Positions 25,864 to 31,504 of a stretch of 31,504 bases of DNA are shown piece after piece. Source of the stretch: a virus. Its lineage: Duplodnaviria > Caudoviricetes. Where the stretch lies: positions 1 to 31,504 of IMG/VR virus record IMGVR_UViG_3300008255_000325; one strand, written 5' to 3'. Under the pieces are notes generated by a model, which made no database searches, was not told the origin of the DNA, and saw only the letters and a program-made list of their open reading frames with translations. Numbering within the stretch: position 1 is the stretch's first letter; every line of letters starts with the position of its first letter. Position numbers and translations under genes: made by a program.

Positions 25864-25915
25864 TTCCCGCCCCTCTTTTGGTCAAGAGCCTGTGGCGGTA
25901 ACGCTAGGGCGGGAA
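25864..25915 (+). ncRNA. Three-way-junction structured RNA element (unknown class)
   Basis: P1 TTCCCGCCC/GGGCGGGAA, P2 CTCTT/AAGAG, P3 TGGCG-GTAA-CGCTA with GNRA loop. Confidence 0.45.
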
Positions 25916-25932
25916 ACTAACAGGAGTAGACC

Positions 25933-26487
25933 ATGTCACTCACTCACCAAACAAAGCCCATCAACGATTTTTACGACAATTTTAAGCGTATGTCCGGCTC
26001 CCCCATAATAAAATCAGTTCAAAATAACGCTAAATGTTTGTTAACAAACATTTTATGTTATGCCGCCATTATAATCCCATGTGCTATTCTGGCTCTGTGG
26101 CTCAAAAGCTGCGACCCTGATTCAACGCCGATTTTCTCCGGTTTATTTATTTCGGAGGCGGACGCGGCGGAAATTTCTGAACAGGAGGCAATAGGTTGCA
26201 TTCTTGGGGAAGCCAGGGGCGAGGGCTATCAGGGCATGTTAGCTGTAGCCGAAGCCATGCGTAACAGAGGCCGGATTAAAGGTGTTGATGGCTGTTTTTA
26301 CATCCCTGTAGAGCGTGATCCCGTTCTACAGGCGCATAAGGCGTGGAAAGAATCCAAAAATAGCAACATAACAAACGGCGCGGATCACTGGCATGCGGAT
26401 TATATCAATCCGTGGTGGGCAAAATATGGCATCAAAACAGCCAAAATCGGAAAACATATTTTCTATAAGAAAGTTGTTAGGAAGTAG
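25933..26487 (+). CDS. SleB/Hydrolase_2-family cell wall hydrolase with N-terminal hydrophobic segment
   Basis: EARGE..GMLAVA...NR and TNGADHWH...P.W...KIGKHIFY. Confidence 0.85.
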   Translation: MSLTHQTKPINDFYDNFKRMSGSPIIKSVQNNAKCLLTNILCYAAIIIPCAILALWLKSCDPDSTPIFSGLFISEADAAEISEQEAIGCILGEARGEGYQGMLAVAEAMRNRGRIKGVDGCFYIPVERDPVLQAHKAWKESKNSNITNGADHWHADYINPWWAKYGIKTAKIGKHIFYKKVVRK

Positions 26488-26601
26488 CCAAGCATCTTTT
26501 TGGGATAAAAATCGATTCTAGGGGCATTTCTGTTGAATCTAGAGCCATAATTTTGGGGGTATCCTAAGTTTTACTGAATTTGACAATAAAACGGTGAAAA
26601 A

Positions 26602-26781
26602 ATGACCTACCTACCTGACAAAACCGAAGACTACATAACAAACGACTATCTCAACCGCGGAGACCCGAAATTTATCGAGTGCTATAAGTGTAAAACAACG
26701 GTTTTATTTGAGGAATCTCATCCTGTCCTTGAAGGGATGCCGGAAGCGCTTTGTGAGGAGTGCTACAACCAGAAAGGTTAA
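26602..26781 (+). CDS. 59-aa CxxC-CxxC protein
   Basis: Translated by hand; CYKC...CEEC; stop 2 nt before the next ATG. Confidence 0.6.
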   Translation: MTYLPDKTEDYITNDYLNRGDPKFIECYKCKTTVLFEESHPVLEGMPEALCEECYNQKG

Positions 26782-26783
26782 AA

Positions 26784-27500
26784 ATGAAAATACTTAGGCT
26801 CACAGCAAAAGATTTTAAAAAATCAAAATCGTATTGGTCTGATTATGTTGGCCCAGAAATACCAAAAGATTTTGATGGATCAGTCGAAATTGAAGGAAAA
26901 ATTGGATGTGTACGGTTTGAATTTTTGTACGTTAAAGGCCACATCCTCGTGGAAGCCGGATCGGGAATCGAAGCCAGAGAGGGAATCGGAGCCGGATGGG
27001 GAATCGAATCCGGAGAGGGAATCGAAGCCGGATGGGGAATCGAAGCCGGATCGGGAATCAAAGCTGGATCGGGAATCAAAGCCGGATCGGGAATCAAAGC
27101 TGGATCGGGAATCAAAGCCGGAGAGGGAATCAAAGCCGGAGAGGAAATCGAATCCGGATGGGGAATCGAAGCCGGATCGGGAATCAAAGCTGGATCGGGA
27201 ATCGAAGCCGGATCGGGAATCAAAGCTGGATCGGGAATCAAAGCCGGAGAGGGAATCAAAGCCGGAGAGGAAATCGAATCCGGATGGGGAATCAAAGCCG
27301 GAGAGGGAATCGAAGCCGGATGGGGAATCGAAGCCGGACTTTGTATTCGTTGCAAATGGATATCTACGAAATTAAGAATCTTTGTTGGATTATGTATTTG
27401 GAAAATACCAACTAAAGAAGACAGTCAGCTTGTTTGTGAAAAATTAAAATCAGGTGAGTTGGCGTTTGGCGAATTAGTTATTTTAAATGAAAAAAGATAA
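26784..27500 (+). CDS. Hexapeptide-repeat (GI[KE]AG[SEW]) protein, likely beta-solenoid
   Basis: Start at ATG 26784 after AAAGGT; 21 tandem hexapeptides between unique N- and C-terminal caps. Confidence 0.8.
   Translation: MKILRLTAKDFKKSKSYWSDYVGPEIPKDFDGSVEIEGKIGCVRFEFLYVKGHILVEAGSGIEAREGIGAGWGIESGEGIEAGWGIEAGSGIKAGSGIKAGSGIKAGSGIKAGEGIKAGEEIESGWGIEAGSGIKAGSGIEAGSGIKAGSGIKAGEGIKAGEEIESGWGIKAGEGIEAGWGIEAGLCIRCKWISTKLRIFVGLCIWKIPTKEDSQLVCEKLKSGELAFGELVILNEKR
26964..27341 (+). repeat. 18-bp coding tandem repeat x21 with a 126-bp higher-order duplication
   Basis: Unit GGAATC(G/A)AAGC(C/T)GGA(TCG/GAG/TGG); 27036-27161 is nearly identical to 27162-27287. Confidence 0.95.
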
Positions 27501-27675
27501 ATAATTCTAACGTGGGGGGAATCATGACAAAAGAAAGACGCCAAAAGAGAATTGAAATATTTATGAAGCAAGTCATTAAATTTGGTGAGTTAGCTAAAGA
27601 AGATCAAAAATATATCCCAATGCTTGAAAGATATGAACGGGCTTTAGAGAAGGCGTAAGGGACGCGGGTGATGGC

Positions 27676-27888
27676 ATGAATAAAACTTTACTCGATGCCA
27701 TAGCGGAAGTGGAAACGGAAACGGTTCTGCTGGACAGAATCGAAAGTATAGAAGCGCAAATGATAATCGTTAACGAACTGAAAACGAAAAAACATGAAGA
27801 AATTTTGTTGCTGGACATTCGGATGTTTGAACTTCACAGAAAAATGGAAGAAATATATAAAAAATTGTTAAGGATAAAAAATTGTTAA
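27676..27888 (+). CDS. Hypothetical helical protein
   Basis: 70 aa ORF; GGTGA RBS. Confidence 0.6.
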   Translation: MNKTLLDAIAEVETETVLLDRIESIEAQMIIVNELKTKKHEEILLLDIRMFELHRKMEEIYKKLLRIKNC

Positions 27889-27892
27889 GGAT
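27859..27892. repeat. Perfect 17-bp tandem duplication
   Basis: AAAAAATTGTTAAGGAT x2. Confidence 0.9.
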
Positions 27893-27982
27893 AAAAAATG
27901 AATAATATGGATGAATGCGTTGACGCCATCAAGGTTATTTTGGCAAGTTTGAAGGAACGCCAAAACATAAAAGGAGTGAGTT

Positions 27983-29185
27983 ATGAATAACGGAACGAAC
28001 ACAACAGCTAAAAGGTTTGAAGTTGAAGACCAAAATACAATGAGCATGGAAGATGTTAAGAAATATTTTTGTCCAGAGGCTTCGGAAAAAGAGTTGTATA
28101 TGTTTTTGAATATTTGTAAGAGCTTTCAACTTAACCCTTTTAAGAGAGAAGTTTATCTTGTCAAATATGGCAAAGCTCCGGCAACGATTCTCGTCGGATA
28201 CGAAACATACTTGAAACGCGCGGAACGTTCCGGAAAATATAACGGAATGAAGGCATGGACAACGGGGGAGGCAAAAGATTTTACATTAAAAGGACATGTT
28301 GAAGTCTATCGCAAGGATTGGGAAAAGCCGTTATCACATGAAGTTGACTACGATGAGTATGTCGCTATGAATAGCGAAGGAAAACCGACACGTTTTTGGG
28401 CGCAGAAGCCAAAGACAATGATTAAGAAAGTTGCTATTTCTCAAGCATTCAGGTTCGCGTTTCCCGACGAATTCGCGGGGATGCCGTATACAGCTGATGA
28501 AATCAACACCTTGCCGGAAGCGCAGTATCAAACGATCACAGCAAGAGATGAATCTGTTGAGACAAATAACAAAGGACAAGGCATTGACAAGGCAGGCCAG
28601 AGAATCAAAGTTATCGATGGAATCCGTTATCCACACGTCACAGACATTATTTGTCCAGATGGAAAGCCTATCCCAAATATCACAGAACACGCTTATTTCG
28701 GAACGCTTCTCGACGGAGCTTTCAAAAATTGGATGGATAACGGAAATTTTATTCCGAAAGAAGAGGTTGTAGATCAGGCGAATATCGGGAATTTATGGCC
28801 TGAAATTTACAAGGCCATGAGCGATAGAATTGAAAAATGGAACTTTGATAAGACGTTTGATTTTAAAGGACATTCAAAATCAATCGTCAGTAAAGAACAT
28901 GTTTACTGCGGCGAGCTTGATGTTTACGGTTACATAAACGTTGACGGCAAGAAATTAAAAACAGTCTTTGACATTAAAAAAACAAAATCCTTGAAAGGAA
29001 AAGTTCTCGAAGAATACAAAATGCAGATTGCCGCTTACGCAAAGGCATTTGATAACGACATTGAAGCCGGGTGCATTTTATCACCTTTCAACGAACCTGT
29101 GATTATTTCAAAAGAAGAATTAGACAAGTCTTTTAATGGCTTTCTTGAACTTCGAAAAACTTACAAAGAAAGATTCGGCTTCTAA
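27983..29185 (+). CDS. bet: RecT/Bet single-strand annealing protein fused to a PD-(D/E)XK nuclease domain
   Basis: N-half: LNPFKREVYLVKY, W..KP.TMIKKVA..QA.R.AFP..F.G.Y..DE; C-half: YPHVT.I, G.LD, DIKK, Q.AAY. Confidence 0.85.
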   Translation: MNNGTNTTAKRFEVEDQNTMSMEDVKKYFCPEASEKELYMFLNICKSFQLNPFKREVYLVKYGKAPATILVGYETYLKRAERSGKYNGMKAWTTGEAKDFTLKGHVEVYRKDWEKPLSHEVDYDEYVAMNSEGKPTRFWAQKPKTMIKKVAISQAFRFAFPDEFAGMPYTADEINTLPEAQYQTITARDESVETNNKGQGIDKAGQRIKVIDGIRYPHVTDIICPDGKPIPNITEHAYFGTLLDGAFKNWMDNGNFIPKEEVVDQANIGNLWPEIYKAMSDRIEKWNFDKTFDFKGHSKSIVSKEHVYCGELDVYGYINVDGKKLKTVFDIKKTKSLKGKVLEEYKMQIAAYAKAFDNDIEAGCILSPFNEPVIISKEELDKSFNGFLELRKTYKERFGF

Positions 29186-29580
29186 TGCAAAAAACTTTCC
29201 TTTGTTTAAACAAAAACAAAAACATCATCCCGACAGACGTTAAGGAATTTGACGCTTGGCTGGATAAAATGCCGGAGAAATTATCCGTATCGGTCGGGCC
29301 TTTTAAAAATCAAAGATCAATACAGCAAAATAAAGCATATTTTAAGTTAGCGGTTGAGATCATCGCCGATTCTTTGGGTTATGAAAAAGATGAAATACAT
29401 TCAGCTCTCGCTGAGACTTTTCTTGGCTTTGAAGAAAAAAATGTTAATGGCGTAAATATCAGAAAAAGAATATCAACAGCGGATTTAAAGACGGATGAAT
29501 TTTCTAAATACTTTCAACGAATACAAATATGGGCTTCAGGAATGAATATTATTATTCCAGACCCTGAAAAGGTAAACTAA
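29185..29580 (+). CDS. NinB/Orf-like recombination accessory protein
   Basis: RS.QQN..Y, ST..L...EFS.Y...I..W, IPDP. Confidence 0.7.
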   Translation: MQKTFLCLNKNKNIIPTDVKEFDAWLDKMPEKLSVSVGPFKNQRSIQQNKAYFKLAVEIIADSLGYEKDEIHSALAETFLGFEEKNVNGVNIRKRISTADLKTDEFSKYFQRIQIWASGMNIIIPDPEKVN

Positions 29581-29593
29581 AAAGGAGAGATAA

Positions 29594-29965
29594 ATGGCAA
29601 AGTTATCAGCAGGGTTTAAGAAAAGGGAATTGATTCCGGAAGGTTCATACAATTTTATGATTGAAGAAGAACCGAAAGAAGTTACCCTCAAGAAGAAAAC
29701 CGGAGAAGAATTTCATATGATCGAGTTTAAACTTCGTGACATTGAAAAAAATCAAAATTTTACAAAAGGATTCTTTCCCAACTCTGTCGGTGATTTGCTT
29801 CTGGCTCTTGGAGTCAGCATTGATGAAGACAAAAATTTCGAGACAACCGATTGTGTAGGAAAGTATTTCAAATGTGATGTTAAACATATTTACCTGAACA
29901 ACGGAAATCAGACCGACAATTTTATTAATCTTCAGCCGTCAAAAGAAACAGTTTGGGATAGTTGA
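29594..29965 (+). CDS. Putative phage ssDNA-binding protein (DUF669-like)
   Basis: LIPEG.Y...I N-terminal pattern, VGK...V.H, aromatic/acidic tail; located in the recombination cluster. Confidence 0.55.
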   Translation: MAKLSAGFKKRELIPEGSYNFMIEEEPKEVTLKKKTGEEFHMIEFKLRDIEKNQNFTKGFFPNSVGDLLLALGVSIDEDKNFETTDCVGKYFKCDVKHIYLNNGNQTDNFINLQPSKETVWDS

Positions 29966-29974
29966 AAAAACTTT

Positions 29975-30056
29975 CAGCCTTTCGGCAAATGGCCGATAAA
30001 GTCCATGTAAGTGGTGACATAAGGAGCGGGGATACCCGCTCGAAGGCTGTTTTTTT
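29975..30056 (+). ncRNA. 75-nt multibranch (cloverleaf-like) RNA followed by a U7 tract
   Basis: Closing stem CAGCCTT/AAGGCTG; hairpins TCGGC/GCCGA, ATGT/ACAT, GAGCGGG/CCCGCTC. Confidence 0.5.
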
Positions 30057-30083
30057 AGGGTGTGGCGTTTATGGGGCAGAACA

Positions 30084-30413
30084 ATGTTCAAAAAACATAA
30101 ATACGGCGCGAAGAAAACAAAATGTCATAGCGATCATTGCCATCCGAGTATGTTGGAGGCTAGGCATTGTGACCGTTTGAGACTTTTAAAAATTAGCAAA
30201 TACATAAAAGACTACGAATGTCAAAAAATATTTGAACTCCATGTTAACGGAATTTTAATAGCCAAACACAAACCGGATTTTCTGGTCACTTATAACGACG
30301 GCAGTCAAGAAATAAACGAAACCAAAGGCGTAGAAACAAGGGACTTTAAAATTATAAAGAAACTCTTTAAAGCTATTTATCCGGAAATTAAATATCGAGT
30401 AGTGAAGGGATGA
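30084..30413 (+). CDS. DUF1064-family PD-(D/E)XK nuclease-like protein
   Basis: HKYGAKKT, S..EA, DF.V, E.KG..T..F..K.KLF. Confidence 0.85.
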   Translation: MFKKHKYGAKKTKCHSDHCHPSMLEARHCDRLRLLKISKYIKDYECQKIFELHVNGILIAKHKPDFLVTYNDGSQEINETKGVETRDFKIIKKLFKAIYPEIKYRVVKG

Positions 30414-30556
30414 AAAAGAAAAAACGATTATCCGAACTTGAGCAATTATCGTCATTCGTTACAACATGTATTTCTTGCGCTGAAGAACATTCAAAAGATA
30501 AAAATGATTACCTTCAACACGCTATCAAATTGATTCAAAGACACATGGATAAGTAA
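30410..30556 (+). CDS. 48-aa hypothetical protein
   Basis: ATGA overlap upstream, TAATG overlap downstream. Confidence 0.5.
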   Translation: MKKKKRLSELEQLSSFVTTCISCAEEHSKDKNDYLQHAIKLIQRHMDK

Positions 30557-30723
30557 TGACTAAAATCGGAATCACAAAAGGCTGGAAGAAAATCGGAAAG
30601 TATCTGTTAAACAATTTTGCTTTTCGACCAGCGGAGACAGAGAATGAGAGGGAATACAGACTTTATAAAAGTTCATTAAACTTGGCCAAACGAAAACGAA
30701 CCATGAGGATATATGCCAAATGA
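30556..30723 (+). CDS. 55-aa basic hypothetical protein
   Basis: Coupled by TAATG and ATGA overlaps. Confidence 0.5.
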   Translation: MTKIGITKGWKKIGKYLLNNFAFRPAETENEREYRLYKSSLNLAKRKRTMRIYAK

Positions 30724-30923
30724 AAATAGCGCGCATAATTTATCTTAAAAAAAATGGTGAATTTTCAGTAACTGCACAAAAAATTTTTATTGATTTTAGT
30801 AAATCAAAGTTGATTTCAATTTATACCGATAATATTGGAAATCGTATCATCGGTCGCTACGGCACCAACAAATCTACTCTTAAAAAACTTCTCAAGACAG
30901 CAATAGAAAAAAAAGGATGGTAA
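30720..30923 (+). CDS. Hypothetical protein
   Basis: 67 aa ORF, ATGA-coupled. Confidence 0.55.
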   Translation: MKIARIIYLKKNGEFSVTAQKIFIDFSKSKLISIYTDNIGNRIIGRYGTNKSTLKKLLKTAIEKKGW

Positions 30924-31058
30924 TGTTGCATACCAATACCGCCGGAAATTTTTGAAAGAATTATATGGAATGTGCAAAATGTCATGGGGTAGAATTTAAC
31001 GACATAAGAAACTCGTCTCCGCCATGTCTTCATGGCTCCGGCTTGAAGGGAAGGAAGG

Positions 31059-31274
31059 ATGATGAAAGGAAAAAAAGAAAGTTATCAGATGGGAAAGCAA
31101 CCTTGTAATAATTTTCAGGTTTCTCAAGATGGAGTGTTTGGCGACTTAGTCCCACACGACTGTTACGAGTGTGGTCAAACTGTTGCTTTCTGTAAAAATT
31201 GTTTTAGAGATCATCATTTTAATGGGTATGAATTTTGTAACCTCAACAAAGAAAAGAAAAGGGATGAAGGATGA
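31059..31274 (+). CDS. Cys/His-rich hypothetical protein
   Basis: HDCYECG..FCKNC..DHH; purine-rich RBS. Confidence 0.6.
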   Translation: MMKGKKESYQMGKQPCNNFQVSQDGVFGDLVPHDCYECGQTVAFCKNCFRDHHFNGYEFCNLNKEKKRDEG

Positions 31275-31371
31275 TTACAGTTATTGTTCATAGATCAGTC
31301 GGAAACGAATCTGTAGGCTCAATGTGGCATGAAACATATACCGCTCAAACTTTTAACAAGAGAGGGTAGAG

Positions 31372-31504
31372 ATGAATACTTATATAATTAAAAAAAATTC
31401 TGAATTTGTTGTAGACAGAGAGGATTATTATTTATTAACTCGAAATAGATGGGATGGCAATTTAGAGATAAAACTTGATAAACCTGTGATCGTCAAGGGC
31501 GACC
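31372..31504 (+). CDS. Partial CDS, possibly related to the N-terminal cap of the hexapeptide-repeat protein
   Basis: MNTYIIKKNSEF...WDGNLEIKLDKPVIVKGD resembles FDGSVEIE...LYVKGH of 26784-27500; truncated by the window edge. Confidence 0.45.
   Translation, partial: MNTYIIKKNSEFVVDREDYYLLTRNRWDGNLEIKLDKPVIVKGD

Larger units (their letters stand above)
1..31504. mobile_element. Tailed dsDNA bacteriophage (podovirus-like) genome segment
   Basis: Terminase-portal-scaffold-capsid-adaptor-nozzle-ejection gene order on the minus strand, divergent replication/recombination arm on the plus strand, no host housekeeping genes, no tape measure gene. Confidence 0.95.

Noticed and set aside
26964-27341. 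CRISPR array or DGR template/variable repeat
   Set aside because: Units are contiguous, in-frame 18-mers without unique spacers; no cas or reverse transcriptase gene in the window
26843-27415. Alternative-frame ORFs over the repeat (ESKPDR, GNQSRI, PALIPD repeats)
   Set aside because: By-products of a stop-free 18-bp unit; only the GIKAG frame has a clear RBS and protein-like caps on both sides
29975-30049. Canonical tRNA gene
   Set aside because: Lacks T-loop consensus, proper anticodon loop and CCA; kept only as a structured element
1-31504. Stop-codon reassignment
   Set aside because: Core genes are full length under the standard code with tight stop/start coupling

Overview
The window is most of a tailed dsDNA phage genome with podovirus-like organisation. 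The minus strand (about 1-20924) carries TerS/TerL, portal, scaffold, major capsid, adaptor, nozzle, fibre-like genes and three ejection-type proteins. No tape measure, integrase or holin is visible in the window. The plus strand (about 21295-31504) carries early, replication and recombination genes: RadC/JAB, RHH regulator, DUF4373-type initiator with internal iterons, DnaB helicase, SleB-type hydrolase, RecT-nuclease fusion, NinB-like, SSB-like and DUF1064. The most striking feature is that six genes in the virion module (decoration-like protein, nozzle, two fibre-like proteins, two small tail proteins) begin with classical cleavable-looking Sec signal peptides, while capsid, portal, scaffold and adaptor do not. 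An O-antigen-ligase/O-oligosaccharyltransferase-like membrane enzyme sits inside the same module. Together these suggest compartment-split assembly and possibly periplasmic glycosylation of the virion (inference). Other points: two 51-nt structured leaders with palindromic loops, a leader-peptide attenuator-like element before the initiator, an antisense leaderless micropeptide next to the ejection genes, and two unannotated paralogous micropeptides. All family assignments are by motif recognition and synteny, not by database search.
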